NCBI GenBank assembly: GCA_944319915.1
Contig: CALUEY010000035.1
Span: 1,163-65,162 of the forward strand
Length of the DNA: 64,000 nt
From: an uncultured Prevotella sp.
GTDB lineage: Bacteria; Bacteroidota; Bacteroidia; Bacteroidales; Bacteroidaceae
Direction: 5' to 3'
Shown here: positions 10,799 through 21,882 of the stretch, piece by piece
Layout of the letters: every line of letters starts with the position of its first letter
How positions within the stretch are numbered: position 1 is the stretch's first letter
The notes under the pieces: model-generated
What the model was told of the DNA's origin: nothing
What the model saw: only the letters and a program-made list of their open reading frames with translations
The model's database searches: none
Program-made: the position numbers and the translations under genes

Positions 10799-12123
10799 TG
10801 AGATTTGAAGAAACATACCTGAACGATAACATCCTGGATGCGCTTTACGACATGCACTTCGATGAGTGTACACCTATTCAAGAGAAATGCATACCTGAGA
10901 TCCTTGACAAACATGACTTAATAGGAGTGGCGCAGACTGGAACCGGCAAGACCGCCGCCTACCTGCTGCCGATACTTAGTATGCTCGACGATGGGGGCTA
11001 CCCGCAGAACTCCATCAACTGCATAGTTATGTCTCCAACGCGCGAACTTGCCCAACAGATAGACCAGGCAATGCAGGGGTTTGGCTACTATCTCAATGGG
11101 GTAAGCAGCGTTGCCGTATATGGCGGGAACGACGGCAACCGCTATGACCAGGAGATGAAGAGCCTGAAACTTGGCGCTGACGTGGTAATAGCCACGCCCG
11201 GGCGACTGCTCAGCCACATACGCATGGGCAATGTTGACTTGAGCAAGGTAAGCTTCTTTGTGCTCGACGAGGCCGACCGAATGCTTGACATGGGATTTAG
11301 CGACGACATAATGCAGATAGCCAAAGGGCTGCCTGACGATGTGCAAACAATAATGTTCTCTGCCACTATGCCCGACAAGATACAGCAACTGGCCCGCACG
11401 CTGCTCAAGAACCCGGTGGAGGTAAAGATTGCCGTAAGCAAACCTGCCGAAAAGATACAGCAGTCTGCCTACGTATGTCATGAGGCACAGAAGATTGGCA
11501 TCATAAAGTATCTCTTCAGCACCGACCAACTCAAAAGGGTAATCATATTCTCTGGAAAGAAAGAAAAAGTAAAAGACATCGCCCGCGAGCTGAAAAGACT
11601 CAACATAAACTGCTGTCAGATGCACAGCGACCTTACGCAGCAAGAGCGCGATGAAGTGATGTACAAGTTCAAATCGGGGCAGAAAGACGTGCTTGTGGCA
11701 ACTGACATCGTGGCGCGCGGAATCGACATTGATGACATACTCATGGTAATCAACTACGATGTTCCGCACGATGCAGAAGACTATGTGCACCGCATCGGGC
11801 GCACTGCGCGCGCCGACCGCGATGGAGTGGCAATCACGTTCGTCAGCGAAAACGACATGTATGCTTTCGGGCAGATTGAGAAATTCCTCGAAAAGGAGAT
11901 AAAGAAGAACCCTCTACCTGAGAAACTCGGCAAGGGACCGGACTACGTCACAGACCGCAAAAGCAACCCACGGGTCAGGGAAAACGGACACAAACGAAAC
12001 GGCGGCAGACGCGGACACGGCGATGCTGCAAAGGCTAATGCCAGCGAGAAGCAGGACAACAAGCGCAGGCGACCAAGAAGACGCGGACGCAGGAAGCCTG
12101 GCAATGGCGGCGAGGGTCAATGA
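10798..12123 (+). CDS. DEAD-box RNA helicase
   Basis: AQTGTGKT, PTRELA, DEAD, SAT, HRIGRTAR; basic C-terminal tail. Confidence 0.96.
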   Translation: MRFEETYLNDNILDALYDMHFDECTPIQEKCIPEILDKHDLIGVAQTGTGKTAAYLLPILSMLDDGGYPQNSINCIVMSPTRELAQQIDQAMQGFGYYLNGVSSVAVYGGNDGNRYDQEMKSLKLGADVVIATPGRLLSHIRMGNVDLSKVSFFVLDEADRMLDMGFSDDIMQIAKGLPDDVQTIMFSATMPDKIQQLARTLLKNPVEVKIAVSKPAEKIQQSAYVCHEAQKIGIIKYLFSTDQLKRVIIFSGKKEKVKDIARELKRLNINCCQMHSDLTQQERDEVMYKFKSGQKDVLVATDIVARGIDIDDILMVINYDVPHDAEDYVHRIGRTARADRDGVAITFVSENDMYAFGQIEKFLEKEIKKNPLPEKLGKGPDYVTDRKSNPRVRENGHKRNGGRRGHGDAAKANASEKQDNKRRRPRRRGRRKPGNGGEGQ

Positions 12124-12238
12124 AAAAAGCCACAAACAATGTTCGGCTTACAATTAAGAACAAGCGCTCACGACAACCTACATACCGCTTGCCAAATGCC
12201 AATCCACGCTTTTGGCTGAAGCAAAATAAATAAATGAT

Positions 12239-12275
12239 AGCAGGTGACATTGACGCACAGTCATTGTCACCTGCT
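12239..12275. terminator. Hairpin between convergent operons
   Basis: AGCAGGTGACA / TGTCACCTGCT inverted repeat. Confidence 0.7.
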
Positions 12276-12278
12276 CTT

Positions 12279-12914
12279 TCATTCTGAATCATCATCTTTC
12301 AGCACCGGAAGCGAAACATGATATCTTACAGCCAAGAAACGGATGGCGCATGTCACCAAGAAACTGGTCAACGCCGTGACTTGTATGGCTAATTCGAGTT
12401 CAGACAGCCCCCAATAAACAATGCCTCCAGCAATGCTTGCCAAAGCATAAATCTCCTTGCGAAGAATTACCGGCTCATTATTAAGGAGCACATCACGTAT
12501 CACGCCACCGGCAGCCCCAGTGATGCAGCCCATTATTATAGCCACCCAAAAAGGCTGACCATAGTCAAGGCTTTTCTGTATTCCAGCAATGGTAAACAGT
12601 GCAAGCCCCAAAGTGTCAAAGACAAACCAGGCATTCTGCAACCGCTCCATATATTTGGAAAATGCTATCACCATACATAAGGCGATGGCTGTACATATCA
12701 TATAAATGGGATTGGTCATCCAAAACGGTGTAGCTCCAAGCATCACATCGCGTATGGTTCCGCCCCCTATGGCCACGGCAATGCCACATACATAACCGCC
12801 AAACCAGTCGAAATGCTTAGCAGCAGCGTGCCTTATGCCCGATATGGCAAAAGCAAACGTACCCAGGAACTCAATGAGTTGCTGAGCCGTGGCTATCGTT
12901 ATGTCATCGTTCAT
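12279..12914 (-). CDS. TRIC/UPF0126 (YadS-like) membrane protein
   Basis: Duplicated GGGTIRD / GGVIRD motifs, FDTLGL. Confidence 0.9.
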   Translation of the reverse strand: MNDDITIATAQQLIEFLGTFAFAISGIRHAAAKHFDWFGGYVCGIAVAIGGGTIRDVMLGATPFWMTNPIYMICTAIALCMVIAFSKYMERLQNAWFVFDTLGLALFTIAGIQKSLDYGQPFWVAIIMGCITGAAGGVIRDVLLNNEPVILRKEIYALASIAGGIVYWGLSELELAIQVTALTSFLVTCAIRFLAVRYHVSLPVLKDDDSE

Positions 12915-13876
12915 CCGTTCACCACATTGGCAGGAGAGCCCTCCATGAACGTCCTCAAATTCTCAACGGCAATGTCCAGCAGTCTGCCTCTCGCCTCAAA
13001 CGTAGCCCATGCGATGTGCGGCGTAATGAAAGCGTTGGGTGCTGAGAGCAACGGATTGTCCACGGCGGGCGGCTCCTGGCACATTACGTCAGCCCCATAG
13101 CCTCCCAGCTGCCCGCTCTTGAGAGCCGCAGCCACATCTGCCTCGTTGACAAGTGGCCCCCGCCCTGTGTTGATAAGTATAGCCCCGCGTTTCATCCGCT
13201 TCAATATAGTGGAGTTGATCATCCCACGAGTGTTGTCAGTAAGCGGGCAATGCAGTGTAAGTATGTCGCTCACGCCAAGAAGCCCTTGCAGCGTAGTCTT
13301 CTGGATTCCATCAGGCAACGAAGACGAATGCTTGCTGGTAGAGGCGAATACGTCCATTCCGAACTCTCTGGCAATGCGGGCTACTTTCATGCCTATATGC
13401 CCCAAGCCCACGATGCCCATTGTTTTCCCAGCGAGTTCGTGCAGCGGGGTGTCCCAGTAGCAGAAGTCCTCATTACGGCTCCACCGCCCCTCGCGGCTCA
13501 GCCTGGCATAATGCCCTACCCTATTGGTTATGTTCAGGATATGGGCAAACACCATTTGGGCAACGCTGTCGGTGCTATACGCCGGAATGTTTGTCACGCA
13601 AACGCCTCGCTCGCGAGCTGCCGCAATGTCAACCACATTATATCCCGTGGCCAAAACACCAATGTATTTCAACTTTGGCAGGTGCGACATTACGCCAGCA
13701 TCTATAACCACTTTATTGGTGAGAAGGGCATCGGCATCCTTACAACGGTCTACCAACTCATCTCCAGTCGTGCGTGGGAACACCACAACATCGCCCAAAG
13801 CCTGCAATTCCGTCCACGACAAATCGCCAGGATTGACCGTGTATCCATCCAAAACAATAATCTTCATCTTTTCCAT
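12911..13876 (-). CDS. D-2-hydroxyacid dehydrogenase (glycerate dehydrogenase-like)
   Basis: GIVGLGHIG, INTGRG, TPHIAW. Confidence 0.92.
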   Translation of the reverse strand: MEKMKIIVLDGYTVNPGDLSWTELQALGDVVVFPRTTGDELVDRCKDADALLTNKVVIDAGVMSHLPKLKYIGVLATGYNVVDIAAARERGVCVTNIPAYSTDSVAQMVFAHILNITNRVGHYARLSREGRWSRNEDFCYWDTPLHELAGKTMGIVGLGHIGMKVARIAREFGMDVFASTSKHSSSLPDGIQKTTLQGLLGVSDILTLHCPLTDNTRGMINSTILKRMKRGAILINTGRGPLVNEADVAAALKSGQLGGYGADVMCQEPPAVDNPLLSAPNAFITPHIAWATFEARGRLLDIAVENLRTFMEGSPANVVNG

Positions 13877-13884
13877 TTATGTAT

Positions 13885-15162
13885 CTACTCTTTAAACTTA
13901 TCACCCCAGCAATCGTGCATCCGCTGGCACAACTTGTCCTCTTGCGGGTTGTGTTGACCATGCCACAGCCGTTCGTTGGCAAGGGCATCGGGCAAATACT
14001 GCTGCGGTATGAAGTGGCCGGGGTAATCATGGGGGTATTTATATCCATCATGATAGCCAAGGTCTTTCATCAGCTTGGTTGGTGCATTGCGCAGATGCAA
14101 CGGCACTGGTTGGTTGCCGGTGCGCCTTACAAGCTCTAAGGCTGCATCAATGCCAAGGTAAGCAGAGTTGCTCTTAGCGCTTGTTGCCAGATAGACCGTG
14201 GCTTCGGCCAGCGGTATGCGCCCTTCTGGCCAGCCAATCTTGGTCACAGCATCAAAGGCAGCATTAGCCAAAAGCAAGGCATTGGGATTGGCAAGGCCAA
14301 TGTCTTCAGCAGCACTGATGACAAGCCTCCGGGCAATGAACTTAGGATCCTCACCTCCCTCAATCATACGTGCAAGCCAATAAAGTGCCGCATCAGGGTC
14401 GCTTCCGCGGATGCTCTTGATGAAAGCAGATATTATGTCATAGTGCATCTCGCCATCCTTGTCGTATGCCAACGGGTTTTGCTGAAGGCGGCTTACCACA
14501 AGCTCGTCGGTGATTACCACTGGCTCATCCGCAGGAGACGCGTCAACCACAAGTTCCAATATGTTGAGGAGCTTGCGCGCATCGCCACCACCGTAACGCA
14601 GCATAGCCCCCGTCTCTTTCAGCTCTATGTGGCGCTTGCAAAGCTCAACGTCCTTCGTTATGGCCCTGTTCAGCAGTTCAAGCATATCGTCAGGCTCAAG
14701 TGACTTCAGCACGTAAAGCTGGCAGCGAGAGAGCAACGGACGTATAACCTCAAATGAGGGGTTCTCTGTCGTTGCGCCTATAAGCGTTATAACCCCTTTC
14801 TCTACCGCGCCAAGCAGCGAATCCTGCTGTGACTTGCTGAAGCGATGGATTTCATCAATGAACAGTATTGGCGATGCCTCGTTGAAAAAGCGCCCCCTGC
14901 CTGCCTTTTCGATAACCTCGCGGACATCCTTAACGCCGCTCGTCACTGCGCTCAATGTATAGAACGGGGTGGCGAGCTTGTTGGCTATGATTTGCGCCAG
15001 AGTAGTCTTCCCCACTCCAGGCGGCCCCCACAATATGAACGAAGGCACCCGTCCGGCATCTATCATCTTGCGCAACACGGCACCCTCACCCACAAGGTGC
15101 TTCTGCCCTATGTACTCATCGAGGGTGCGCGGCCTGAGTCTTTCTGCTAATGGTTGTGACAT
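13885..15162 (-). CDS. rarA: Replication-associated recombination protein A
   Basis: [34 protein letters not shown]; TACCTTTG at 15174-15181. Confidence 0.95.
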   Translation of the reverse strand: MSQPLAERLRPRTLDEYIGQKHLVGEGAVLRKMIDAGRVPSFILWGPPGVGKTTLAQIIANKLATPFYTLSAVTSGVKDVREVIEKAGRGRFFNEASPILFIDEIHRFSKSQQDSLLGAVEKGVITLIGATTENPSFEVIRPLLSRCQLYVLKSLEPDDMLELLNRAITKDVELCKRHIELKETGAMLRYGGGDARKLLNILELVVDASPADEPVVITDELVVSRLQQNPLAYDKDGEMHYDIISAFIKSIRGSDPDAALYWLARMIEGGEDPKFIARRLVISAAEDIGLANPNALLLANAAFDAVTKIGWPEGRIPLAEATVYLATSAKSNSAYLGIDAALELVRRTGNQPVPLHLRNAPTKLMKDLGYHDGYKYPHDYPGHFIPQQYLPDALANERLWHGQHNPQEDKLCQRMHDCWGDKFKE

Positions 15163-15251
15163 ATATCTGTCCACAAAGGTACTAATTAATATTCAACTGT
15201 GTGCGACAATCAATGCAAAAAAACAGCTACATAAACTTACATTACATTAAC

Positions 15252-15295
15252 ACAGTGAGCCACAAGTGCCGTATTATGCGACCGTGGCTCACTGT
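15252..15295 (-). terminator. Hairpin downstream of oxidoreductase operon
   Basis: ACAGTGAGCCAC / GTGGCTCACTGT 12-bp inverted repeat. Confidence 0.6.
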
Positions 15296-15372
15296 ACATT
15301 GCCTCAATGCTTATCATGCAGTTAGCTTGTTGATGGTCAAGGAAAGGCGCGGATGCACCTTTCAACTTGCCA

Positions 15373-15915
15373 TCATGCCTTTACGATGATCTTTCCTCCC
15401 TCTTCAAGTGCCTGCATATTTAGTGGGATAAGGTTGTGATGGCGCTCGGGCAGAGTCTTTGTCAGAGCTTTCTCTATGCCATCGCTGCTTATTATGGGGC
15501 ACACCTTGAGGAAACCGCCAAGCACAATCATGTTGAATATCTTGCCATTCTTCATCTCGGCAGCCTTGTCCATGGCATCCACCCGGTATACGGTTATGTC
15601 CTTCCTCACAGGTGGATTGATGATGCCATAACCATCGTATATCAATATTCCGCCCGGTTTCAGCTTCGGCTCAAACTTCTCTAACGACGGTTGGTTGAGC
15701 ACGATGGCCACATCATAAGAGCTCAATATGGGCGACGAGATCTTGTCATCGCTCACGATGACGGTCACATTGGCAGTGCCTCCTCGCTGCTCAGGCCCGT
15801 ATGCAGGCATCCAGGTCACCTCCTTGCCATCCATCAAGCCCGAATAAGCAAGAATCTTACCCATCGACAAGACACCCTGCCCGCCAAAACCAGAGATTAT
15901 TATTTCTTTCTTCAT
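15373..15915 (-). CDS. 2-oxoacid:ferredoxin oxidoreductase gamma subunit
   Basis: SGFGGQG, YGPEQRGG. Confidence 0.92.
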   Translation of the reverse strand: MKKEIIISGFGGQGVLSMGKILAYSGLMDGKEVTWMPAYGPEQRGGTANVTVIVSDDKISSPILSSYDVAIVLNQPSLEKFEPKLKPGGILIYDGYGIINPPVRKDITVYRVDAMDKAAEMKNGKIFNMIVLGGFLKVCPIISSDGIEKALTKTLPERHHNLIPLNMQALEEGGKIIVKA

Positions 15916-15963
15916 ATCGGTTTCGATTAAAAAACGTTGGTTAAATCACGGCCAAACCACCCG

Positions 15964-16722
15964 TCAGATAGTATCCTTGAGGTCACCTTTGGGGTAGAAT
16001 GGAAACATATTTTCTTCCATCCACTTGTTAGCTTGGAGAGGGGTGAGCTTCCAGCCACTGTTGCATGTAGAGACAATCTCCACAAGACTGCTTCCCTTGC
16101 CGTCCATTGATGCCTGGAAAGCCTTGCGGATGGCCTTCTTTGCCTTGCGGATGGAGGCCACTGACTCCACGCTCTGCCGCGTTACGTAGCACGTGCCTTC
16201 AAGCTGCGCGGCCATCTCTGTTATTTTCAGCGGATAGCCGTGCAAGGCCGGTTCACGCCCGTATGGGCATGTGCTCGTTTTTTGCCCTATGAGCGTGGTG
16301 GGAGCCATTTGCCCGCCTGTCATGCCATAGATTGCGTTGTTGATGAAGATGATGGTAATGTTTTCGCCCCTATTAAGCGCATGAATTGTTTCGCAAGTGC
16401 CTATGCAAGCCAGGTCGCCGTCACCTTGGTAAGTGAAAACGAGGCGGTCGGGCCATAGCCGCTTGATGCCCGTGGCCACCGCTGGGGCGCGCCCATGTGC
16501 CGCCTCCTGCCAATCGATGTCAATATAACGGTATGCGAACACAGCACACCCCACTGGGCTTACGCCAATGGCCTTGCCTTCCATGCCCATTTCCTCGATG
16601 ACTTCAGCCACAAGTTTGTGCACCACACCATGGCTGCATCCCGGGCAATAGTGCATAGGAACATCGTTCATCAACTTTGGCTTCTCGTAGACAAGATTCT
16701 CTGGTGATATGATATTATCCAT
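15964..16722 (-). CDS. 2-oxoacid:ferredoxin oxidoreductase beta (TPP-binding) subunit
   Basis: YCPGC, GDGD, NNAIYGMTGGQ. Confidence 0.93.
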   Translation of the reverse strand: MDNIISPENLVYEKPKLMNDVPMHYCPGCSHGVVHKLVAEVIEEMGMEGKAIGVSPVGCAVFAYRYIDIDWQEAAHGRAPAVATGIKRLWPDRLVFTYQGDGDLACIGTCETIHALNRGENITIIFINNAIYGMTGGQMAPTTLIGQKTSTCPYGREPALHGYPLKITEMAAQLEGTCYVTRQSVESVASIRKAKKAIRKAFQASMDGKGSSLVEIVSTCNSGWKLTPLQANKWMEENMFPFYPKGDLKDTI

Positions 16723-16734
16723 AACAGTGCCTCC

Positions 16735-17817
16735 TTACATCAGTTTAGTCTTCAGTGCATTAACGATTTCATCAGGCTCCGGCACGATGCCCCCAAGCCG
16801 CCCGAAATACTCAACGGGCTCGCGCCCATTGATGGCAAGGCGCACGTCCTCCACCATCTGTCCTGCGTTTATCTCTGCCACAAGCACGCCTTTCTTGCCC
16901 CTTGCCGCTTCGGCCAGTTGCCCCATAGGGAACGGCCACAGCGTTATAGGCCGGAATAGACCCACCTTAATTCCCTCGGCTCGGGCTATCTCGATAGCCT
17001 TCTGCGCTATGCGCGCCGCACTTCCGAAAGCCACTATGAGGTAGTCGGCATCATCGCACTGCTGAGTTTCGTACCTTACTTCAGCCTTCCTTATCTGGGC
17101 ATACTTTTCCTGCAAGTGAATGTTGCGCTGCTCCATCACCTCCGGCTGAAGCTCCAAGGAGGTTATGATGTTTGGCTTCCTGCCCCCTATGCGGCCGAAC
17201 GTGGCCCAAGGGCATTCGCGCATTATCTCCTCCTCTGTGCGCCGAGGCTTGTAAGGCGGCAGCACCACTTTCTCCATCATCTGCCCTATGACCCCATCGC
17301 TTAGAATCATGGCCGGTATGCGGTACTTGAAGGCAAGGTTGAAAGCCAAGTCAACGAAGTCGGCCATCTCCTGCACTGAGTTTGGCGCAAGCACTATTAT
17401 GTAATAATCACCGTTGCCTCCACCGCGCGTCGCCTGGAAATAGTCGCTCTGCGATGGCTGAATTGTGCCAAGCCCGGGGCCTCCTCGCTGCACGTTGACT
17501 ATCACGCCGGGCAACTCTGCCCCAGCCATATAGGCAATGCCCTCCTGCATCAAGGCCACTCCAGGACTCGACGATGAAGTCATCGCCCTCTTGCCGGCAG
17601 CGGCAGCTCCATACACCATGTTTATCGATGCCACCTCGCTCTCGGCCTGCACGACCACCATGCCAGTGGTTTCCCACGGCTTTTCGAGCGCAAGCGTCTC
17701 TATAACCTCACTCTGCGGCGTGATTGGATAGCCAAAGTAGCCGTCCACCCCGCAACGAATCGCGGCACGGGCTATAGCCTCGTTGCCTTTCATAAGTGTC
17801 ACTTCTTGGTCTGCCAT
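16735..17817 (-). CDS. vorB: 2-oxoacid:ferredoxin oxidoreductase alpha subunit (VorB-like)
   Basis: GNEA, GYPITPQSE, TSSSSPG, QRGGPG. Confidence 0.88.
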   Translation of the reverse strand: MADQEVTLMKGNEAIARAAIRCGVDGYFGYPITPQSEVIETLALEKPWETTGMVVVQAESEVASINMVYGAAAAGKRAMTSSSSPGVALMQEGIAYMAGAELPGVIVNVQRGGPGLGTIQPSQSDYFQATRGGGNGDYYIIVLAPNSVQEMADFVDLAFNLAFKYRIPAMILSDGVIGQMMEKVVLPPYKPRRTEEEIMRECPWATFGRIGGRKPNIITSLELQPEVMEQRNIHLQEKYAQIRKAEVRYETQQCDDADYLIVAFGSAARIAQKAIEIARAEGIKVGLFRPITLWPFPMGQLAEAARGKKGVLVAEINAGQMVEDVRLAINGREPVEYFGRLGGIVPEPDEIVNALKTKLM

Positions 17818-17821
17818 AGCC

Positions 17822-18052
17822 TCATTCCTCCATTCTTTTCCTATATACAGTTATGCATCCGTCGGGGCAGACGATGGCACACGCAGCACATCCTACGCAG
17901 GCTTCGCCCCTTACAGGCTCCACGTAGGGATAACCATGGACGTTGACCCTCTTGCCCAAGGCGATGACTCCCTGCGGGCAAGCCTCCACGCATAGCGAAC
18001 ATCCCTTGCACCTGTCGGTATTCACGACGATGGCACCTCTGATTTTACCCAT
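17822..18052 (-). CDS. 2x[4Fe-4S] ferredoxin (delta subunit)
   Basis: Two CxxCxxCxxxCP motifs. Confidence 0.93.
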   Translation of the reverse strand: MGKIRGAIVVNTDRCKGCSLCVEACPQGVIALGKRVNVHGYPYVEPVRGEACVGCAACAIVCPDGCITVYRKRMEE

Positions 18053-18092
18053 AAAGTATTCTCCTTTCTCTAATCTCAGTTAAGCTATATCA

Positions 18093-18272
18093 CTAAGGAT
18101 TGTATGCATCCTTGTTGTAAAAGTTCAGTATGTCGTCGAGCATCGCCTTAGCCTCCGCCGCAGGACTGTCTGGGTCAAGCTCCATGGCAGCCACGTAGCT
18201 GTTGATGGCCATCTGCCAGTTGCCCTCGCGGCGGTATCTGTTGCCCAGCCGGTAATATTCCTCAGCAGTCAT
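18093..18272 (-). CDS. Small TPR protein
   Basis: Single TPR (YYRLGN...AINSY..AMELDP); in operon order. Confidence 0.8.
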   Translation of the reverse strand: MTAEEYYRLGNRYRREGNWQMAINSYVAAMELDPDSPAAEAKAMLDDILNFYNKDAYNP

Positions 18273-18285
18273 GGCGAAAAGCCGT

Positions 18286-19164
18286 TTAGCGGTAATACTC
18301 TTTCTTTCCGGCGGCAAGGGTGTTCTTCATCAGCGAGCAGATGGTCATAGGGCCAACGCCGCCAGGCACTGGAGTGATGAACGAGCACTTGGGAGCCACC
18401 TCGTCGAACTTGACATCGCCATTGAGCCGGAAGCCACTCTTGCGCGAGGCATCAGGCACTCGCGTCGTGCCAACATCAATGATTACCGCACCGGGCTTTA
18501 CCATGTCGGCCGTAACGAAGTCGGGGCGGCCTATCGCGGCTATGATGATGTCGGCCTGCCGGCACTCTTCCTTGAGCGTGGCCGAGTGGCTGTGGCACAC
18601 CGTCACCGTGGCGTCGCCATACTGCTTCTGCATCATCAGCTGTGCCATAGGCTTGCCAACTATGTTGCTGCGCCCAAGTATTACACACTTCTTGCCGCTT
18701 GTCTCTACATTGTAACGGCGCAGCAGCGTAAGGATGCCAAGCGGGGTTGCCGATATGAAGCAAGGCAAGCCGATGGCCATGCGGCCCACATTTACGGGGT
18801 GGAACCCATCCACATCCTTGCGATAGTCTATGGCCTCTATCACCTTTTGCTCGTCGATGTGCTTTGGCAGTGGCAGCTGCACGATGAAGCCGTCCACATC
18901 AGGGTCGGCATTTAGCCTGCCCACACACGCCAGGAGCTCATCTTCAGTGACAGTGTCCTCAAAGCGGATGAGCGACGACTTGAAGCCGCAGGCCTCACAG
19001 GCGATGACCTTGTTCTTTACATAAGTCTCCGAACCGCCGTCATGCCCTACAAGTACGGCAGCCAAATGGGGGCGCTTGCCTCCGGCAGCCACAATGGCGG
19101 CCACTTCCTCGGCTATTTCTTCCTTTATCTTGGCCGCAGTGGCCTTTCCGTCTATAAGTTGCAT
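18286..19164 (-). CDS. folD: Methylenetetrahydrofolate dehydrogenase/cyclohydrolase
   Basis: [31 protein letters not shown]. Confidence 0.97.
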   Translation of the reverse strand: MQLIDGKATAAKIKEEIAEEVAAIVAAGGKRPHLAAVLVGHDGGSETYVKNKVIACEACGFKSSLIRFEDTVTEDELLACVGRLNADPDVDGFIVQLPLPKHIDEQKVIEAIDYRKDVDGFHPVNVGRMAIGLPCFISATPLGILTLLRRYNVETSGKKCVILGRSNIVGKPMAQLMMQKQYGDATVTVCHSHSATLKEECRQADIIIAAIGRPDFVTADMVKPGAVIIDVGTTRVPDASRKSGFRLNGDVKFDEVAPKCSFITPVPGGVGPMTICSLMKNTLAAGKKEYYR

Positions 19165-19175
19165 ATAGTAATATT

Positions 19176-20525
19176 TTATCTTAGTCGTCCTTTCATCTGC
19201 CTCATGGCATTGGCCATCTGCATCATCTTGCTGTTAGGCGCGCCGGTTACGAGCTTCATCATCGAACGCATTTGGTCGAACTGCTTCATGAGCCGGCTAA
19301 CGTCCTGCAGTGTGGTACCCGACCCCTTGGCTATGCGCATACGGCGGCTCTGGTTGATAATCTTGGGATTCGACCGTTCCTTGGGTGTCATGCTGTAGAT
19401 TATGGCCTCAATGTTCTTCAGCACACTATCGTCGATGTCAATATCCTTTATCGCCTTGCCCATGCCCGGAATCATGGCAGCCAGATCCTTAAGGTTGCCC
19501 ATCTTCTTTATCTGTTGTATTTGGGCCAGGAAGTCGTTGAAGTCAAACTGGTTCTTGCGTATCTTCTTCTCAAGCTCCTTTGCCTGCTTCTCGTCAAACT
19601 GTTCCTGGGCGCGCTCAACGAGGCTCACTATGTCGCCCATGCCCAATATGCGGTCGGCCATGCGGGCAGGGTGGAATACGTCGATGGCCTCCATCTTCTC
19701 GCCAGTACCTATGAATTTTATTGGCTTGGTAACCACAGTACGTATCGACAATGCCGCACCGCCGCGAGTGTCGCCGTCGAGCTTTGTCAGCACAACGCCG
19801 TCAAAGTCGAGCCTATCGTTGAATTCCTTGGCGGTGTTAACGGCATCCTGTCCGGTCATGGAGTCTACCACAAACAGCGTCTCGTCAGGCTTCACAGCAT
19901 CCTTGAGCGTGGCAATCTCATCCATCATTTGCTCGTCCACCGCAAGACGTCCCGCAGTATCAATTATAACCACGTCGTAGCCCTTGGCCTTTGCCTCACG
20001 GATGGCATTCTGGGCTATACCCACCACGTCCTTGTTGCCAGGCTCCGAATAAACCGGCACTCCTACGGTCTGCCCTACCACGCCAAGCTGCTCGATGGCG
20101 GCCGGACGGTAAACGTCGCAAGCCACAAGCAGCGGGTTCTTGCGGTTCTTTGCCTTAAGCATATTTGCCAGCTTGCCGCTGAAGGTCGTCTTTCCCGAGC
20201 CCTGCAAGCCAGACATGAGTATTATGGCCGGGCGGCCCTCAAGATGCAACTCCGCAGCCGTGCCTCCCATGAGTTCGGCCAGCTCGTCGTGCACAATCTT
20301 CACCATAAGCTGCCCTGGCTTCACGGCCGTGAGCACGTTCATACCCAGTGCTTTCTGCTTAACTGTGTCGGTGAACGTCTTGGCCACCTTGTAGTTTACA
20401 TCGGCATCGAGCAGCGCACGGCGCACGTCTTTCAGCGTCTCGGCTACGTTTATCTCGGTTATCTTCCCTTCGCCCTTCAGTATCTTGAATGAGCGTTCAA
20501 GTCTGTCGCTTAAGTTTTCAAACAT
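19176..20525 (-). CDS. ffh: Signal recognition particle protein
   Basis: [24 protein letters not shown], Met-rich M domain. Confidence 0.97.
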   Translation of the reverse strand: MFENLSDRLERSFKILKGEGKITEINVAETLKDVRRALLDADVNYKVAKTFTDTVKQKALGMNVLTAVKPGQLMVKIVHDELAELMGGTAAELHLEGRPAIILMSGLQGSGKTTFSGKLANMLKAKNRKNPLLVACDVYRPAAIEQLGVVGQTVGVPVYSEPGNKDVVGIAQNAIREAKAKGYDVVIIDTAGRLAVDEQMMDEIATLKDAVKPDETLFVVDSMTGQDAVNTAKEFNDRLDFDGVVLTKLDGDTRGGAALSIRTVVTKPIKFIGTGEKMEAIDVFHPARMADRILGMGDIVSLVERAQEQFDEKQAKELEKKIRKNQFDFNDFLAQIQQIKKMGNLKDLAAMIPGMGKAIKDIDIDDSVLKNIEAIIYSMTPKERSNPKIINQSRRMRIAKGSGTTLQDVSRLMKQFDQMRSMMKLVTGAPNSKMMQMANAMRQMKGRLR

Positions 20526-20635
20526 ATTTAACTATGTGTAATCTGTAACGTCGCAATACCTATCCAAATTTGCAATTGACAATGCCTAAGCGGACAATAG
20601 CATGCACTGCCCTGCCCTAAGCTGCCTATCTTATG

Positions 20636-20667
20636 CAAAGATAATCCTTATTATCAATATAAGCAAA
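20636..20667 (-). promoter_or_regulatory. Promoter of ffh operon
   Basis: TTTG-N20-TATCTTTG on minus strand. Confidence 0.75.
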
Positions 20668-20858
20668 TATGCGGAAGATGTTTTAAAGTATTTTAAAACG
20701 GCATAATGGCAAATTGCGCACATACAATTTGCGTGTGCAGCAGCAGTGCATCCGGGCTTGTCAGCCACGCTCCGCGGACAAAAACGGCAGGATGGCACAT
20801 GCAAAGTCAGGAGGCCTGCTTACGAAACGCTGATGGGCCGCCCCGGCACAACGCACAG

Positions 20859-20899
20859 AAAAAAGCGGAAGCCCAAATGCTGATGCACCTGGGCTTCCG
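20859..20899 (-). terminator. Terminator of bamD-rpoZ-DUF4293
   Basis: GCGGAAGCCCA / TGGGCTTCCGC stem plus T6 on minus strand. Confidence 0.85.
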
Positions 20900-20923
20900 C
20901 CTCTATACTTTGGATCCCAATCG

Positions 20924-21382
20924 TTACCGTATCCTGTCTGCTGCCCTCACAAGACGCTCATCGGCCTTGATGGCTCGCTGGGCAAGGAACGTAAAGACCA
21001 AGGCTGCCATGGGGCAAACGCTCGCCCACGACGGACTGAACTTTACATCGGCTGTGCCGGGCATCAACATCAATGCGTATGCCGCATATATGGCATACCA
21101 CCCAACACGCAGCATTATGCTGAACCAGCAGAACCGAGCCTGCAAGCGCCGGTTGGAATACTTGAAGATAGCATACAAGTCCACCGCGGCAGACAATAGC
21201 AAAACCACAAAAAGCGGCCACGTGGCAAAGTTGCGGGTGCCAGTGAAGTTAACAAGCCACAAGTTATACTCATGTGCAAGCTCAAAGCCTTCTACAGAAA
21301 AGACGCCTATCTCCATGCAAAGGCAAACCACGCACAATACAACTGCCACGAGCAAGTAAACCGTCTGAATACGCTGTATCAT
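20924..21382 (-). CDS. DUF4293-family membrane protein
   Basis: MIQRIQTVYL start, DERLVRAADRIR end, 4 TM; follows rpoZ as usual in Bacteroidota. Confidence 0.85.
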   Translation of the reverse strand: MIQRIQTVYLLVAVVLCVVCLCMEIGVFSVEGFELAHEYNLWLVNFTGTRNFATWPLFVVLLLSAAVDLYAIFKYSNRRLQARFCWFSIMLRVGWYAIYAAYALMLMPGTADVKFSPSWASVCPMAALVFTFLAQRAIKADERLVRAADRIR

Positions 21383-21402
21383 GACTAACGCAGGCCTGTT
21401 CC

Positions 21403-21744
21403 TTACTTGTCTTCACCCTGCTGGGCGTCCTTCGACGGGTCACGCCAATAAACCTTACCCTCCACAAACTCCTGCGTGGCAAGCAGCGATGGCTTTGGCA
21501 ACTTCTCGTAATAACGGGAAATCTCTATTTGCTCACGGTTTTCAAACACTTCTTCAAGGCTGTCGTTATAGGAAGCGAACTCTGCCAGTTTCTTGCTGAG
21601 GTCTTCCTTTATCTGTACTGAAATCTGGTTGGCACGCTTGGCGATGATTGCAACACTCTCATAGATGTTGCCTGTCTCGTCACACAAGTCCATGATGTTT
21701 CGCGTAACGGTGTTTACCGGAGCTTTTGATTTCTTGTAATCCAT
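21403..21744 (-). CDS. rpoZ: RNA polymerase omega subunit (Bacteroidota type)
   Basis: GNIYESVAIIAKRANQI, EISRYYEKLPKP. Confidence 0.9.
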   Translation of the reverse strand: MDYKKSKAPVNTVTRNIMDLCDETGNIYESVAIIAKRANQISVQIKEDLSKKLAEFASYNDSLEEVFENREQIEISRYYEKLPKPSLLATQEFVEGKVYWRDPSKDAQQGEDK

Positions 21745-21882
21745 TTTAAAATATTCCTAATCTGAGTTTGGTTTCTATATCCTTGACTTTCAACTTGTCT
21801 CAAACGACCTTTCTGCCGCCACCTCATGGCTACATAAGAACCTCTATACCACAGTGACCGAAGGCTTTGGGGCGCAATGCGT

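Noticed and set aside
12279-15162. Slightly more AT-rich block as a horizontally acquired island
   Set aside because: Impression only, not computed; genes are ordinary housekeeping genes with no mobility signatures.
19272-20492. Long antisense ORFs (also 34335-35552, 60953-62077, 23539-24561)
   Set aside because: Shadows of strongly codon-biased genes on the opposite strand; no recognisable motifs.
20690-20850. Possible seventh degenerate element upstream of the ffh promoter
   Set aside because: AAAC/AAAG spacing is 21-22 nt but there are no GTTT halves, no dyad and no TGTAAAC at the expected distance.
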